Shown in pieces: positions 39,801-52,272 of a stretch of 64,000 nucleotides of DNA. Source of the DNA: a virus. The notes beneath the pieces were generated by a model. The model did not search any database and was not told the origin of the DNA. It saw only the letters and a list, made by a program, of their open reading frames with translations. Every line of letters begins with the position of its first letter. Position 1 is the first letter of the stretch. The stretch lies in IMG/VR virus record IMGVR_UViG_3300035682_000004; one strand, given 5' to 3'. A program made the translations under genes and the position numbers.

Positions 39801-42800
39801 GTTTATCCGGGTTAAGTGGTACATCAGGTTTATCAGGAACGAGCGGCATTTCAGGTTTATTAGGTACTTCAGGTTTAAGTGGTACATCAGGTCTTTCAGG
39901 TTTATCAGGAACTTTAGGTATAAGTGGATTAAGTGGTGAGTCTGGCTTGTCTGGAACTTCAGGCTTATCAGGTTTAAATGGTACATCAGGACTTTCTGGT
40001 TTATCAGGTACAAGCGGTATCTCAGGTACAAGCGGTATATCAGGCTTAAGTGGTACATCAGGTTTAGGATTCACAGCACAAACTGTTGGTCAATCTTTTG
40101 TAACTAATGGTTCTTTAGTAGGTACAAATATTAATTTTTATGTTGCTGATTACGGAGCATTTGCAGTAGGTAATTTTATTAATTTAGTTGACCAAACTAG
40201 TGGTAGTACATTCTACTATAATGGTAAAATAACATTAATTCAATTTGCTGGAGGATTTGGATGGGCTATCCATATGGATGTGTTAGGTTATGGTGGAACA
40301 CCAATTTCATCTCCATCTAATAGTTGGTTAATGGAATTAACAGGAGCAACGGGTACATCAGGAATTTCAGGCTTAAGTGGCTCATCTGGTCTTTCAGGTG
40401 TATCCGGTTTATCAGGAGAATCAGGTCTTTCAGGTATATCAGGAACTTCAGGACTTTCAGGCTTATCCGGTTTATCTGGTTTAAGTGGTATAGGTACATC
40501 AGGTATATCAGGACTTTCAGGTATGTCAGGTACCTCAGGTTTAAGCGGTTTATCAGGACTTTCTGGTATAGATGGTATATCAGGTCTTTCAGGAATATCA
40601 GGCTTATCAGGATTAAGTGGCACCTCAGGATTGTCAGGTACAAGCGGTATTTCAGGCTTATCAGGTGAATCAGGCATTTCAGGATTATCAGGAACATTAG
40701 GTATAAGTGGTTTAAGTGGCACATCAGGTCTTTCAGGTTTATTAGGTGAAAGTGGTTTATCCGGTCTTAGTGGTACCTTAGGTCTCTCAGGCTTAAGTGG
40801 TGAATCAGGTTTATCAGGTACAAGCGGTATTTCAGGTTTAAGTGGTACTTCAGGCATATCAGGTTTATCAGGTGAATCAGGTTTATCTGGTCTATCAGGT
40901 TTAAGTGGTACTTCAGGTTTATTAGGAACAAGTGGCATTTCAGGCCTATCAGGTGAAAGCGGATTATCTGGTCTATCAGGTACAAGCGGTATTTCAGGTC
41001 TAAGCGGTACATCAGGTTTATCAGGTGATTCAGGACTTTCTGGTTTAAGTGGTTTATCAGGTACAAGTGGAATATCTGGTCTAAGTGGTACTTTAGGTAT
41101 AAGTGGCTTAAGTGGTGACTCAGGTCTTTCAGGATTATCAGGATTATCAGGTACATCAGGATTTTCAGGTTTAAGTGGTATATCAGGACTTTCAGGAATT
41201 GATGGTACATCAGGTCTTTCAGGATTATCAGGTACAAGCGGTATTTCAGGACTTTCAGGTTTATCAGGTGAATTAGGTTTAAGTGGTTTATCCGGCTTAA
41301 GTGGCTCATCAGGTATTTCAGGTATAAATGGTGACTCAGGTCTTTCAGGTTTAAGTGGTACTTCAGGCATATCAGGATTAAGTGGTACTTCAGGTACATC
41401 AGGTTTATCAGGTACAAGCGGTATTTCAGGTCTATCAGGTGAAAGTGGTTTATCAGGATTATTAGGTTTATCAGGTTTATCAGGTATAAACGGTATTTCA
41501 GGTTTATCAGGTATTTCAGGTTTAAGCGGTGAATCCGGCTTATCAGGTACAAGTGGTACTTCAGGACTTTCAGGTTTAAGTGGTACATCTGGTTTATTAG
41601 GAGAGTCAGGATTGTCAGGTACAAGTGGTATTTCAGGCATAAATGGTAATTCAGGTTTGTCCGGGTTAAATGGTACATCAGGCTTAAGTGGTTTATCAGG
41701 TACATCAGGCATCTCAGGATTAAGTGGTGAATCAGGTTTATCCGGAACATTAGGTATATCAGGTTTATCAGGTCTTTCAGGACTTAGTGGTTTAGAAGGT
41801 ACATCAGGTCTTTCAGGACTAAGTGGCACTTCAGGACTTAGTGGTTTAGAAGGTACGTCAGGTCTCTCAGGACTAAGTGGCACTTCAGGACTTAGTGGTT
41901 TAGAAGGTACGTCAGGTCTCTCAGGACTAAGTGGTATATCAGGAACATCAGGTATAAGTGGTCTTAATGGAGAAGCTCAATCTGGAGCATCAGGTACAAG
42001 TGGTATTTCAGGATTAAGTGGTAATGTAGGAACATCAGGACTTTCAGGTCTAAGTGGTACAGTTGGTACTTCAGGCTTATCAGGTCTTTCAGGTACTAAT
42101 GGTACAAACGGAGAATCAGGATTAAGTGGTTTAAGTGGTACAATAGGTACTAGTGGTCTTTCAGGTTTAAGTGGAGCATCAGGAACAGGAGGTGGAAGTG
42201 GTACTTCAGGTCTTTCAGGTTTATCAGGTATAGATGGAACATCAGGTTTAAGTGGTACTTCAGGTATTGAAGGAATATCAGGACTTTCAGGTATAAGCGG
42301 CTTATCAGGTACATCAGGACTTTCAGGTCTTTCAGGTACATCAGGTTTAGATGGTACCGGAGGAACATCAGGTTTAAGTGGTACAAGTGGTCTATCAGGC
42401 TTAAGTGGTATTAGTGGCTTAAGTGGCACAAGTGGTCTTTCAGGAACATCAGGTTTAGATGGTACAGGAGGAACTAGTGGTTTAAGTGGTACATCAGGAT
42501 TATCAGGAATATCAGGTTTATCTGGTCAAAGTGGTCTTTCAGGAACATCAGGACTTTCAGGTGAATCAGGTTTATCAGGTCAATCAGGTATAAATGGAAC
42601 TTCAGGTTTAAGTGGTATTAGTGGTTTAAGTGGTACAAGCGGTTTATCAGGTATAAGTGGTTTAGATGGTACAGGAGGAACTTCAGGATTAAGTGGTACT
42701 AGTGGTTTAAGTGGTACAAGTGGTCTATCAGGAATATCAGGTATTGATGGAACATCAGGACTAAGTGGTTTATCAGGAACTAGTGGCTTAAGTGGTACAA

Positions 42801-43924
42801 GTGGTCTTTTAGGTACATCAGGTTTATCTGGTATCTCAGGATTAAGTGGTGAATCAGGTTTAAGTGGATTAAGTGGTACTATAGGAACTTCAGGCATCTC
42901 AGGATTAAGTGGTACTTCAGGTATAAGTGGTACAAATGGAGAATCAGGATTAAGTGGTTTATCAGGTTTAAGTGGTACAAGTGGCATTTCAGGTTTATCA
43001 GGTATAAGCGGTATTGATGGAACTTCAGGATTAAGTGGTACATCTGGTTTAAGTGGTCTTTCAGGTATAAATGGAACTTCAGGTTTATCAGGTATATCAG
43101 GTTTATCAGGTGAAAGTGGTTTATCAGGTTTAAGTGGTACTTTAGGTTTATCAGGTCTTTCAGGCCAATCAGGTATTTCAGGTTTATCAGGAACTTCAGG
43201 TATAAGTGGTACAAACGGAGAATCAGGATTAAGTGGTACTTCAGGTCTTTCAGGAACAATAGGAACTTCAGGACTTTCAGGACTAAGTGGAATCTCAGGA
43301 ACTAATGGTACAAGTGGAGAGTCAGGTCTATCAGGTTTAAGTGGTACAGTAGGAACAAGCGGTCTGTCAGGATTAAGCGGTATATCAGGCTTATCAGGTA
43401 CATCAGGAATTTCAGGATTAAGTGGTACTTCAGGTACAAATGGTGAATCAGGACTAAGTGGAATTTCAGGTCTTTCAGGAACAATAGGTACAAGTGGTAT
43501 CTCAGGCTTATCAGGTACATCAGGTATTTCAGGTCTAAGTGGTACAGTTGGCACATCAGGACTTTCAGGCACATCAGGCTTATCAGGTATATCAGGTACT
43601 CTAGCTTTAACAGGTACAACAGATAATGGTGTGATTACTTATATAAGTTCTTCAAATTCAGGACAAGTAGAAGCTAATTTTACATTTAATGGTACTAGTT
43701 TATCATTAACAGGAAGTCTTACTTCATCAGGAGACATAACAGCACCTTATATTTCCGCATCAAGTGGTATATATGATAATTCAGGAGCAGCCGCTATACA
43801 ATTTGTATATATATCATCATCTAAATTATTGACATATATAACACCTTTAACAGATGGTGATATACTCCAGTATAGTGGAAGTGTGATGACTGGTTCAAAT
43901 CTTATTGACGGAGGTACATTCTAG
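36851..43924 (+). CDS. Giant (Gly-X-Ser)n repeat fibre protein, 2357 aa
   Basis: Gly at every third residue over about 2000 aa; two non-repeat inserts; ends IDGGTF. Confidence 0.75.
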   Translation: MARINNSIPRNNVRFLDQVSIASFEVPTSEGSSGIGTSGLSGLSGISGLSGTGGSGLSGLSGIGSSGISGLSGTGTSGISGLSGTGTSGLSGLSGTNGTNGTSGLSGLEGLSGISGLSGINGTSGLSGLEGLSGLSGTGTSGLSGLSGTGTSGLSGLSGINGISGLSGLEGLSGLSGIGTSGLSGLSGISSSGISGLSGIGTSGISGLSGLSGTNGTNGTSGLSGLDGVSGLSGTGISGLSGLSGALGISGLSGLSGTNGNSGLSGLEGTSGLSGLSGTGTSGLSGLSGIGTSGLSGLSGTNGASGLSGLEGTSGISGLSGTGISGLSGLSGISTSGLSGLSGINGTSGLSGLEGTSGISGLSGTGLSGLSGLSGTIGTSGLSGINGISGTSGTDGLSCLSYTVTYQVGGGDLYFDYNDCSGALVSVGPVTSGSLTFCALSFGSSPSIVIISGNATILSNGVCVGTSGLSGLSGTGTSGLSGLSGIGTSGLSGLSGISGTNGTSGLSGLEGTSGLSGLSGIGTSGISGLSGISTSGLSGISGLEGNSGLSGLSGTSGLSGTLGISGLSGLSGTSGDSGLSGLSGLSGNSGLSGTSGLLGNSGLSGLEGTSGLSGIGTSGLSGISGLSGTSGINGISGLEGTSGLSGIGTSGLSGTSGLSGESGLSGINGTSGLSGVSGISGLSGTNGESGLSGLSGTVGTSGISGLSGLEGISGLSGTSGLNGTSGISGLSGTLGLSGISGLSGLDGNSGLSGLSGLSGLNGTSGLSGLSGISGINGDSGLSGLSGTSGISGTSGLSGISGINGDSGLSGLSGTSGISGLSGTLGISGLSGTSGISGLNGDSGLSGVSGLSGLLGTSGISGLEGISGISGLLGTSGISGLSGTLGVSGLSGISGLEGTSGISGLSGTVGTSGLSGLSGTSGISGINGDSGLSGLSGISGTNGISGLNGISGLSGESGLSGLSGTLGLSGLSGTSGISGLSGELGLSGLSGTSGLSGTSGISGLLGTSGLSGTSGLSGLSGTLGISGLSGESGLSGTSGLSGLNGTSGLSGLSGTSGISGTSGISGLSGTSGLGFTAQTVGQSFVTNGSLVGTNINFYVADYGAFAVGNFINLVDQTSGSTFYYNGKITLIQFAGGFGWAIHMDVLGYGGTPISSPSNSWLMELTGATGTSGISGLSGSSGLSGVSGLSGESGLSGISGTSGLSGLSGLSGLSGIGTSGISGLSGMSGTSGLSGLSGLSGIDGISGLSGISGLSGLSGTSGLSGTSGISGLSGESGISGLSGTLGISGLSGTSGLSGLLGESGLSGLSGTLGLSGLSGESGLSGTSGISGLSGTSGISGLSGESGLSGLSGLSGTSGLLGTSGISGLSGESGLSGLSGTSGISGLSGTSGLSGDSGLSGLSGLSGTSGISGLSGTLGISGLSGDSGLSGLSGLSGTSGFSGLSGISGLSGIDGTSGLSGLSGTSGISGLSGLSGELGLSGLSGLSGSSGISGINGDSGLSGLSGTSGISGLSGTSGTSGLSGTSGISGLSGESGLSGLLGLSGLSGINGISGLSGISGLSGESGLSGTSGTSGLSGLSGTSGLLGESGLSGTSGISGINGNSGLSGLNGTSGLSGLSGTSGISGLSGESGLSGTLGISGLSGLSGLSGLEGTSGLSGLSGTSGLSGLEGTSGLSGLSGTSGLSGLEGTSGLSGLSGISGTSGISGLNGEAQSGASGTSGISGLSGNVGTSGLSGLSGTVGTSGLSGLSGTNGTNGESGLSGLSGTIGTSGLSGLSGASGTGGGSGTSGLSGLSGIDGTSGLSGTSGIEGISGLSGISGLSGTSGLSGLSGTSGLDGTGGTSGLSGTSGLSGLSGISGLSGTSGLSGTSGLDGTGGTSGLSGTSGLSGISGLSGQSGLSGTSGLSGESGLSGQSGINGTSGLSGISGLSGTSGLSGISGLDGTGGTSGLSGTSGLSGTSGLSGISGIDGTSGLSGLSGTSGLSGTSGLLGTSGLSGISGLSGESGLSGLSGTIGTSGISGLSGTSGISGTNGESGLSGLSGLSGTSGISGLSGISGIDGTSGLSGTSGLSGLSGINGTSGLSGISGLSGESGLSGLSGTLGLSGLSGQSGISGLSGTSGISGTNGESGLSGTSGLSGTIGTSGLSGLSGISGTNGTSGESGLSGLSGTVGTSGLSGLSGISGLSGTSGISGLSGTSGTNGESGLSGISGLSGTIGTSGISGLSGTSGISGLSGTVGTSGLSGTSGLSGISGTLALTGTTDNGVITYISSSNSGQVEANFTFNGTSLSLTGSLTSSGDITAPYISASSGIYDNSGAAAIQFVYISSSKLLTYITPLTDGDILQYSGSVMTGSNLIDGGTF

Positions 43925-43927
43925 GTA

Positions 43928-43935
43928 TATTTATA
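43928..43935 (+). promoter_or_regulatory. Putative late promoter TATTTATA
   Basis: Intergenic recurrence. Confidence 0.6.
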
Positions 43936-43973
43936 CGAGACCTATATAGGTATCCTTTATATAAACCATAGAT

Positions 43974-46900
43974 ATGGCCCAAAAAATAAAATTACGCAGA
44001 AGTTCTGTAGCAGGGAATGCCCCTACTACAACCCAATTAGAACTGGGAGAGTTAGCTATCAATACAAATGATGGTAAAATATATTTTGAAAAATCATCTT
44101 CAGTAGGAGAATCAATTCAACAAATAGTTGTAACAGATGCTTGGATTACAGGGTCAGTTAATGTATCAGGATCAATTGCTGTATCAGGTAGTGTAACCTT
44201 TCCTAATATTCCTCAAGGTACAACTGAAACTAATATTGTATTAAAAGACTCTAATGGTAATTTAGTTTATAGATCAGATTTAAATATATCAGGTCTATCT
44301 GGTCTTTCAGGTACTTCAGGATTAAGTGGAACAAGTGGACTATCAGGTCAATCAGGACTTTCAGGTGCAAGTGGTTTATCAGGTACATCAGGTATTGATG
44401 GTACAAGTGGATTATCAGGCTTAAGTGGTACTTCAGGACTTTCAGGAACATCAGGTCAAAATGGTGCTTCAGGTCAGGTTGGTACAAGCGGTTTAAGTGG
44501 AACTTCAGGTTTATCAGGTGTATCAGGTACAAGTGGCTTAAGTGGCACTTCAGGTATAGATGGTACTTCAGGTTTAAGTGGTACATCAGGTCTTTCAGGA
44601 ACATCAGGTCAAAATGGTACTTCAGGACAAGTAGGAACAAGTGGCTTAAGTGGTACATCAGGTCTATCAGGAACATCAGGTATAGATGGTACTTCAGGTC
44701 TTTCAGGTACATCAGGTATAAGTGGTAGAAGTGGTATTTCAGGTTTATCAGGTACATCTGGTTTATCCGGTGATTCTGGTTTATCAGGTTTATCAGGTAC
44801 TTCAGGGTTAAGTGGTATTTCAGGAACAAATGCTGGTATAACATCTTATACCAATCCAGGTAATGACCGTGTTATAACATCAGTAAATGCAAGTACAATA
44901 AATTCTGAAGCTAATTTAACATTTAATGGTTCACTTTTAAGAGTATCATCTTCAATACGGATTACTAGTGGTTCTGAAAGTTTTGACATAAATCAAGGAG
45001 CAAATCCTACCCAATCAATAGCTATTGGTGGTACTATATTAACAAATAATACAATAGGACAATTAAATATTGGTATAGGTGATGGAGCTCTTACAAACAA
45101 TACTACAGGTCAAGAAAATACTGCTATTGGTTTATATGCATTACAAGTAAACTCAACTGGCAATTATAATGTAGCTGTAGGTAATTTAGCTTTACAAAAT
45201 ACATCAGGTAGTAATAATACAGCACTTGGATATTCAGCAGGAGGTGGTGGAGGTGTTGATTCATCAACATCAGCTTCAGTATTTATAGGTTATAATACTA
45301 CTCCTAATAGTAATAATCAAGTTAACCAAATTGTTATAGGAGCAGATGCTGGAGGTAATGGTTCTAACACAACAGTAATAGGTAATTCAAATACTGTTAG
45401 TACACAATTACGAGGAACTATAACAGGTTCAGGAGTAAAATTAACAGCTATACCAGTAGGTACAACTGAAGATAGAATATTAGTATCAAATAATTCAGGA
45501 AATATATTCTATAGAACTAATTTAAGTCTATCAGGTTCATCTGGTTTATCAGGAACTTCAGGATTAAGTGGTACTTCAGGTTTATCAGGACAATCAGGAA
45601 TCTCAGGTTTAGAAGGTATATCAGGTTTAAGTGGTCGTTCAGGTTTATCCGGTCTCTCAGGTTTATCCGGTGTTGATGGAATTTCTGGTATATCAGGTTT
45701 AAGTGGTCAAGTTGGAACTTCAGGTCAAGTTGGAACAAGTGGTATTTCAGGTTTAAGTGGTGCAGTAGGCACATCGGGTATCTCAGGTCTAAGTGGTCAA
45801 ATAGGCGCTTCAGGACAAATTGGAACTTCAGGCTTAAGTGGATTAAGCGGTCAAGTAGGAGCATCAGGACAAATTGGTACTTCAGGATTAAGTGGTACTT
45901 CAGGTCTATCAGGAACATCAGGACAAGTAGGTGCTTCAGGCCAAGTAGGAACTTCAGGCTTAAGCGGTACGTCAGGATTAAGTGGCACAAGTGGTCTTTC
46001 AGGAACATCAGGTCAAAATGGGGCTTCAGGTCAAGTAGGAACATCAGGTCTTTCAGGCCAATCAGGTATAAATGGTACAAGTGGTTTAAGTGGAACTTCA
46101 GGCTTATCAGGCACAAGTGGTTTATCAGGAACTTCAGGACAAAATGGTGCCTCAGGTCAAGTCGGAACTTCAGGTCTTTCAGGCACAAGTGGTATTTCAG
46201 GTACATCGGGTATCTCAGGTCAATCAGGACAAGTTGGAGCATCAGGCCAAATAGGAACAAGTGGTTTAAGTGGTACATCAGGTTTATCAGGTACAAGTGG
46301 TCTTTCAGGTCAATCAGGCCAAGTAGGAGCCTCAGGACAAGTTGGTACTTCAGGTTTAAGTGGTACAAGTGGTTTAAGCGGTACTTCAGGACTTTCAGGC
46401 ACAAGTGGTATATCAGGAGCTTCAGGCCAAGTTGGAGCATCAGGCCAAATTGGAACATCAGGACTTTCAGGAACTTCAGGTTTATCAGGTCAATCAGGTA
46501 TTAATGGTGCCTCAGGCCAAGTTGGTACTTCAGGCTTAAGTGGTACTAGTGGCTTAAGTGGTACTTCTGGTTTAAGTGGTACAAGCGGTTTATCAGGAAC
46601 ATCAGGTCAAAATGGAGCTTCGGGTCAAGTTGGTACAAGCGGTTTATCAGGAACATCAGGACTTTCAGGTACATCAGGTCAAGTAGGTGCATCAGGTCAA
46701 GTAGGAACAAGTGGTATTTCAGGTCTAAGTGGCCAAGTTGGTGCCTCAGGACAAGTAGGAGCATCAGGTCAAGTAGGAACAAGCGGTATATCAGGACTTT
46801 CAGGCCAATCAGGTCAAATTGGCGCTTCAGGCCAAATAGGTACAAGTGGTATTTCAGGACTAAGTGGTACAAGTGGCATATCAGGTTTAAGTGGCACATC

Positions 46901-49900
46901 AGGTATATCAGGACTTTCAGGCCAATCAGGTCAAGTAGGCGCTTCAGGACAAGTAGGAACAAGTGGTATTTCAGGCCTAAGTGGCCAAGTAGGCGCTTCA
47001 GGCCAAGTAGGTACATCAGGTATAAGTGGTTTAAGTGGTCAAGTTGGCGCATCGGGTCAAGTAGGTGCTTCAGGCCAAGTTGGAACTAGTGGCATTTCAG
47101 GTTTATCAGGACAATCAGGTCAAGTTGGTACATCAGGCCAAATAGGAACATCAGGTATAAGTGGTCTTTCAGGTCAAGTCGGCGCTTCAGGACAAGTCGG
47201 AGCATCAGGACAAGTTGGAACATCAGGACTTTCAGGTCAAGTAGGTGCTTCAGGACAAGTCGGAGCCTCAGGACAGGTGGGTACAAGTGGTCTTTCAGGC
47301 CAAGTTGGCGCCTCAGGTCAAGTAGGTGCATCAGGTCAAGTTGGTACAAGTGGTATTTCAGGTTTAAGTGGCCAAGTAGGAGCATCAGGTCAAGTAGGAA
47401 CAAGCGGTATATCAGGACTTTCAGGCCAATCAGGTCAAGTCGGTGCTTCAGGTCAAGTTGGAACTAGTGGCATAAGTGGATTAAGCGGTCAAGTCGGTGC
47501 TTCAGGCCAAGTTGGAGCATCAGGACAAGTAGGTACTTCAGGACTTTCAGGCCAAGTTGGTGCTTCAGGCCAAGTCGGCGCTTCAGGCGCAGTAGGTGCT
47601 TCAGGTGCTGTAGGTATTTCAGGACTTTCAGGCCAAGTAGGAGCATCAGGACAGGTAGGTACAAGTGGCCTTTCAGGTCAAGTAGGTGCTTCAGGTCAAG
47701 TAGGTGCTTCAGGTCAAGTTGGAACAAGTGGTCTTTCAGGCTTAAGCGGTCAAGTTGGTGCGTCAGGACAAGTTGGAGCATCAGGCCAAGTTGGAACTAG
47801 TGGCATAAGTGGATTAAGCGGTCAAGTCGGTGCTTCAGGCCAAGTTGGTGCTTCAGGACAAGTCGGAGCTTCAGGAGCAGTAGGTGCTTCAGGACAAGTA
47901 GGAGCGTCAGGTCAAGTTGGAACAAGTGGTCTCTCAGGACAAGTTGGTGCTTCAGGACAGGTAGGAGCATCAGGTCAAGTTGGTACATCAGGTTTATCAG
48001 GAACATCAGGTCTTTCGGGTTTAGTAGGTCCTGTAGCAGGATCAGCAAACCAAGTGGTTTATAAAAATGGATCTAATGTAGCTGCAGGTTCAAATAACTT
48101 TAGTTTTGAGGACGTAACTCAAGTTTTATTTGTAAGTGGAAGTATTGCATCAGCAACTAAGATGACTACTCCAAATATTAGATTAAATAATGTAGGAGCA
48201 GGAAGTACTGAAAATAAAATTTTATTATTAGATGCATCAAATGATATAGTATATAGAACTGATTTATCTTTATCTGGTTTATCAGGTACATCAGGTTTAT
48301 CAGGTCAATCAGGCCAAGTTGGTGCTTCAGGACAGGTAGGAGCATCAGGTCAAGTAGGTGCCTCAGGCCAAGTTGGAACATCTGGTTTAAGTGGTCAAGT
48401 CGGAGCTTCAGGTCAAGTCGGAGCTTCAGGACAGGTAGGTACTTCAGGTCTCTCAGGACAAGTTGGTGCTTCAGGCCAAGTAGGCGCCTCAGGACAAGTA
48501 GGAGCTTCAGGACAAGTAGGAACAAGTGGTCTCTCAGGACAAGTTGGTGCTTCAGGTCAAGTTGGAGCTTCAGGCCAAGTTGGTACTTCAGGTCTAAGTG
48601 GTCAAGTTGGAGCTTCAGGTCAAGTCGGTGCTTCAGGACAGGTAGGTACTTCAGGTCTCTCAGGACAAGTAGGAGCATCAGGTCAAGTAGGCGCTTCAGG
48701 CCAAGTAGGCGCCTCAGGACAAGTCGGTGCTTCAGGACAGGTAGGTACTTCAGGTCTCTCAGGCCAAGTTGGAGCTTCAGGTCAAGTTGGTGCTTCAGGT
48801 CAAGTTGGAACAAGTGGTCTTTCAGGTCAAGTTGGAGCTTCAGGACAAGTAGGAGCGTCAGGTCAAGTAGGTGCTTCAGGCCAAGTTGGTACAAGTGGTC
48901 TGTCAGGCCAAGTTGGAGCTTCAGGTCAAGTTGGAGCTTCAGGACAGGTAGGTACAAGTGGTCTTTCAGGCCAAGTCGGTGCTTCAGGACAAGTTGGTGC
49001 TTCAGGACAGGTAGGCGCATCAGGTCAAGTTGGCGCCTCAGGTGCAGTAGGTATTTCAGGTCTAAGTGGTCAAGTAGGTGCTTCAGGTCAAGTCGGAGCC
49101 TCAGGTGCAGTAGGAGCGTCAGGTGCAGTAGGTGCTTCAGGTGCTGTAGGTATTTCAGGACTTTCAGGTCAAGTAGGTGCTTCAGGTGCCTCAGGTGCTT
49201 CAGGTGCGGTAGGTATATCAGGTATATCAGGTCTAGTAGGTCCGGTAGCCGGATCAGCAAATGAAGTAGTTTACAAAGATGGATCTAACAATCCAGCAGG
49301 CTCAGCTAATTTAGAATTTAATGGAACAAATTTATCAATAGCAGGAGCAGCAGAATTATTGCGTTTAAAAAATGATAGTGCTTATATAGCATTCTTTAAC
49401 ACAGCTAATAATACTCGTACTGGATACCTGCAATATAATGCTGGCGGTGGAGGTGATTTAAGAATAATGGGTGAAGTTGTTGCTAATTTAGCATTAGGAA
49501 CTGGTGGTGTAGATAGATTAAAAATTTCTAGTGCAGGTAATGTAGGTATTGGAACTACACCATCTGCTAAATTAACAGTTTCCGGAGATATTACAGCAAC
49601 TGGAAACATCACAGCATATTTCTCAGATGAAAGACTTAAAAAAGGATTAGAACCAATTAAAAGTGCTTTAAATAAAATTAAATCATTAAGAGCGGTAACT
49701 TATTACCAAAATGAATTAGCAGATACTTATTTTGAACCTAATACAGAAAGACAAGTCGGAGTTATAGCTCAAGATATACAAAAAATATTACCAGAAGCAG
49801 TAAAACCAGCACCTTTTGATGTTATTAGAGATGAAAATGATAAAATAGTTAGTAAATCAGGTAAAAATTACTTAACAGTACAATACGAAAAAGTAGTACC

Positions 49901-49973
49901 ATTATTAATTGCTGGTATTCAAGAATTAAATGATAAGGTAAATAATTTAGAAGAACAACTTAAAAATAAATAG
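43974..49973 (+). CDS. Tail fibre with (Gly-X-Ser)n repeats, adhesin-like beta repeats and a C-terminal peptidase S74 chaperone
   Basis: N-terminal [18 protein letters not shown] anchor; NTAIG/NVAVG repeats; [32 protein letters not shown]. Confidence 0.85.
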   Translation: MAQKIKLRRSSVAGNAPTTTQLELGELAINTNDGKIYFEKSSSVGESIQQIVVTDAWITGSVNVSGSIAVSGSVTFPNIPQGTTETNIVLKDSNGNLVYRSDLNISGLSGLSGTSGLSGTSGLSGQSGLSGASGLSGTSGIDGTSGLSGLSGTSGLSGTSGQNGASGQVGTSGLSGTSGLSGVSGTSGLSGTSGIDGTSGLSGTSGLSGTSGQNGTSGQVGTSGLSGTSGLSGTSGIDGTSGLSGTSGISGRSGISGLSGTSGLSGDSGLSGLSGTSGLSGISGTNAGITSYTNPGNDRVITSVNASTINSEANLTFNGSLLRVSSSIRITSGSESFDINQGANPTQSIAIGGTILTNNTIGQLNIGIGDGALTNNTTGQENTAIGLYALQVNSTGNYNVAVGNLALQNTSGSNNTALGYSAGGGGGVDSSTSASVFIGYNTTPNSNNQVNQIVIGADAGGNGSNTTVIGNSNTVSTQLRGTITGSGVKLTAIPVGTTEDRILVSNNSGNIFYRTNLSLSGSSGLSGTSGLSGTSGLSGQSGISGLEGISGLSGRSGLSGLSGLSGVDGISGISGLSGQVGTSGQVGTSGISGLSGAVGTSGISGLSGQIGASGQIGTSGLSGLSGQVGASGQIGTSGLSGTSGLSGTSGQVGASGQVGTSGLSGTSGLSGTSGLSGTSGQNGASGQVGTSGLSGQSGINGTSGLSGTSGLSGTSGLSGTSGQNGASGQVGTSGLSGTSGISGTSGISGQSGQVGASGQIGTSGLSGTSGLSGTSGLSGQSGQVGASGQVGTSGLSGTSGLSGTSGLSGTSGISGASGQVGASGQIGTSGLSGTSGLSGQSGINGASGQVGTSGLSGTSGLSGTSGLSGTSGLSGTSGQNGASGQVGTSGLSGTSGLSGTSGQVGASGQVGTSGISGLSGQVGASGQVGASGQVGTSGISGLSGQSGQIGASGQIGTSGISGLSGTSGISGLSGTSGISGLSGQSGQVGASGQVGTSGISGLSGQVGASGQVGTSGISGLSGQVGASGQVGASGQVGTSGISGLSGQSGQVGTSGQIGTSGISGLSGQVGASGQVGASGQVGTSGLSGQVGASGQVGASGQVGTSGLSGQVGASGQVGASGQVGTSGISGLSGQVGASGQVGTSGISGLSGQSGQVGASGQVGTSGISGLSGQVGASGQVGASGQVGTSGLSGQVGASGQVGASGAVGASGAVGISGLSGQVGASGQVGTSGLSGQVGASGQVGASGQVGTSGLSGLSGQVGASGQVGASGQVGTSGISGLSGQVGASGQVGASGQVGASGAVGASGQVGASGQVGTSGLSGQVGASGQVGASGQVGTSGLSGTSGLSGLVGPVAGSANQVVYKNGSNVAAGSNNFSFEDVTQVLFVSGSIASATKMTTPNIRLNNVGAGSTENKILLLDASNDIVYRTDLSLSGLSGTSGLSGQSGQVGASGQVGASGQVGASGQVGTSGLSGQVGASGQVGASGQVGTSGLSGQVGASGQVGASGQVGASGQVGTSGLSGQVGASGQVGASGQVGTSGLSGQVGASGQVGASGQVGTSGLSGQVGASGQVGASGQVGASGQVGASGQVGTSGLSGQVGASGQVGASGQVGTSGLSGQVGASGQVGASGQVGASGQVGTSGLSGQVGASGQVGASGQVGTSGLSGQVGASGQVGASGQVGASGQVGASGAVGISGLSGQVGASGQVGASGAVGASGAVGASGAVGISGLSGQVGASGASGASGAVGISGISGLVGPVAGSANEVVYKDGSNNPAGSANLEFNGTNLSIAGAAELLRLKNDSAYIAFFNTANNTRTGYLQYNAGGGGDLRIMGEVVANLALGTGGVDRLKISSAGNVGIGTTPSAKLTVSGDITATGNITAYFSDERLKKGLEPIKSALNKIKSLRAVTYYQNELADTYFEPNTERQVGVIAQDIQKILPEAVKPAPFDVIRDENDKIVSKSGKNYLTVQYEKVVPLLIAGIQELNDKVNNLEEQLKNK

Positions 49974-49975
49974 TT

Positions 49976-50560
49976 ATGACTATAACAGGTTCAGGTAATC
50001 CACTTTCATTAAATGATTTAAATGTAGAATTTAATAGAGGAGCCACTTCTCAACTTTCACTTTCTCAATCATTTGCTGGTACTTATGCTCAATATGGTGC
50101 TATAAATAGAAATACTAGCCCCGGTCAAAATGTAACTAATGTATTTAATGTAGGTACTGATTTTGATATATATTGGTTTTATGATTATAATGACACAGAA
50201 AATAATTATTGGGATTATACATTTACTAATGACTCTGTAAATGATGTTGGACAAATACAAATTTCAATTGGAGGAACAGATATCTATTTGTACAATACTT
50301 TTCCTTGTTGTAATTTCCAAGACGCTACATCAGGATTTATTGATACTACAACATCAGCAACTACAGGAGCTAATTTAGATCTAGCTATAAAAAACACCTA
50401 TGGTATCGCGTATGTAGATATATTAGTTATTGATCCTGACACATCAGCTACTATATACACTGTAACTGGTGATGATCCAAATAACTATGGTTCTTTTCCT
50501 ACTTTAGCTACATTATACGGATATCAAAGAATGCAATGGACTATGACTTTTTATGATTAA
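49976..50560 (+). CDS. Putative distal fibre or adhesin protein
   Basis: MTITGSGNPLSLNDLNVEF N-terminus; lies directly after the S74 fibre gene. Confidence 0.5.
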   Translation: MTITGSGNPLSLNDLNVEFNRGATSQLSLSQSFAGTYAQYGAINRNTSPGQNVTNVFNVGTDFDIYWFYDYNDTENNYWDYTFTNDSVNDVGQIQISIGGTDIYLYNTFPCCNFQDATSGFIDTTTSATTGANLDLAIKNTYGIAYVDILVIDPDTSATIYTVTGDDPNNYGSFPTLATLYGYQRMQWTMTFYD

Positions 50561-50563
50561 TAA

Positions 50564-50571
50564 TATTTATA
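50564..50571 (+). promoter_or_regulatory. Putative late promoter TATTTATA
   Basis: Intergenic recurrence. Confidence 0.6.
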
Positions 50572-50581
50572 ATAAAACAAA

Positions 50582-50905
50582 ATGGCAATACAAGTAACAA
50601 ATTTCAACCCCGTATGGAAATACGAAAATGTAAGAAATGAAAATCTAGCTCAAGTTGAGTACACAGATGGCTCTTATATCTTTATTAACTGCGAAACAAT
50701 TAATAGAACCTCAGTAACTATTAATACAATAGTTTATGATAAAAATTCTTCTATAACAGATGCAAAATTAAGAGGACGTATAACATATGAATTTGTTCCT
50801 ATGAATGTTGAAGGAAACTTATTAGGATTAGCTCATGATTATGTTATAGCTCAATTAACAACTCTTAATCCTGGAGTAACATTTACTAAAGTAAGTTTAA
50901 TTTAA
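50582..50905 (+). CDS. Hypothetical protein, possibly fibre-associated
   Basis: ORF following the late promoter. Confidence 0.5.
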   Translation: MAIQVTNFNPVWKYENVRNENLAQVEYTDGSYIFINCETINRTSVTINTIVYDKNSSITDAKLRGRITYEFVPMNVEGNLLGLAHDYVIAQLTTLNPGVTFTKVSLI

Positions 50906-50907
50906 AC

Positions 50908-50938
50908 TTGGATATCTAAAACCAAGTTATTATATTTA
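50908..50938 (+). promoter_or_regulatory. Putative host-sigma-type promoter TTGG-N19-TATATTTA
   Basis: Bipartite motif; overlaps the AACTTGG/CCAAGTT inverted repeat. Confidence 0.55.
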
Positions 50939-50958
50939 TTAGTAAATACAATTAAGTT

Positions 50959-52272
50959 ATGACCCAAAATGATAAAATAACTGTTATCATTCACACGGAG
51001 AATGAAACTAAGTTATCAACTTTATTAGATCAATTACATCAACATCCCTTAAAATCTCAATTTCAAACTTTACAAGTTAATTGTAAAGGCATCACTCCTT
51101 GGTTAGAACCAAATATGTTAAACAAGTTAACAACACTTGCTTATCAAAATTATGTTATTACACCTACTCAAAGTCAACCTGTATCTTCAATTGTAGAACT
51201 TATATCTAAAACTAAAACTGAATATAGTTTAATTATAGATGAGTCTAATACACACTTTGACGTTAAAGAATGGAATACACTGTATAATACCATTTTATTA
51301 GCACAAACAAATGACTTATTACGCCTTAATTGGGATACTAATTATCAATCTATAACATGGTTTATAGCGGATTTAATTAGTCAAAAAACAAGACATAAAT
51401 TTAACCTAGATGACACTTCAGACTCAGAACGATATTTTAAAAAAATAGACCATCCATTATTTTATGAACGTATTATTTATGTTGATGGTGGATTAGGTGA
51501 CCATGTTATGGCATATCCATTACTAGAAAAAATAGGAAGTGATTGTTATGTTTGTTCTATTTATCCTTTTTCTATAAATCACATTAATATTAAAGGATTT
51601 ATTAATTGGACTGATGAATTATTTGGTGGATATAAACGATTTGTTTACACTTACGGTTCATCAAATAACTCTCCTACAATTATAGACGCATTTTTTGAAA
51701 TGTATGGAGAAAAAAGACATACAACTAATATTTTAAAATATACAGGAGTTAAAACTAAATTTGAAAATCCAACAGGTAAACCATTAGCTTTAATAAGTAC
51801 AACAGCAGCTAAAATCCAGAATCAAGATTCAAATAAAGACTGGGTTGATGTTAGATGGTTTAAATTAATATTTGAATTAAAAAAATTAGGTTTTCATGTT
51901 ATTCAAGTAGGTTCTCATAAAGATGATCAAATTCCTCTTTCACCAGCTCCAGCCGGAGTTGATGGTAAATTTTTAGATAAATCTATTCCTGAATTAGCAG
52001 GATTAATTGATGAAGCTAAATTGTGGTTAAGTGTGGATACATTTGTTCATCACTTTGCAGCTTCTGTAAACCCACATTCTGGAATTTGTTTAACTCCATT
52101 TTATAACAATCATGCTAAACATCCAGGTGTAAAGTATATTGAAAAAGATTGTGGTAAAAATTACTATGATAGAAGATGGTGGTTAGATTTACAACAACCA
52201 GAAAGAAAAGAATGTATGAATCTAATTAAATTAGATGATGTATTAAATGTTATTAAAAGTAAAATAAAATAA
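50959..52272 (+). CDS. Glycosyltransferase, GT9 (heptosyltransferase)-like
   Basis: GGLGDHVM; VIQVG; LSVDTFVHHFAA. Confidence 0.75.
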   Translation: MTQNDKITVIIHTENETKLSTLLDQLHQHPLKSQFQTLQVNCKGITPWLEPNMLNKLTTLAYQNYVITPTQSQPVSSIVELISKTKTEYSLIIDESNTHFDVKEWNTLYNTILLAQTNDLLRLNWDTNYQSITWFIADLISQKTRHKFNLDDTSDSERYFKKIDHPLFYERIIYVDGGLGDHVMAYPLLEKIGSDCYVCSIYPFSINHINIKGFINWTDELFGGYKRFVYTYGSSNNSPTIIDAFFEMYGEKRHTTNILKYTGVKTKFENPTGKPLALISTTAAKIQNQDSNKDWVDVRWFKLIFELKKLGFHVIQVGSHKDDQIPLSPAPAGVDGKFLDKSIPELAGLIDEAKLWLSVDTFVHHFAASVNPHSGICLTPFYNNHAKHPGVKYIEKDCGKNYYDRRWWLDLQQPERKECMNLIKLDDVLNVIKSKIK

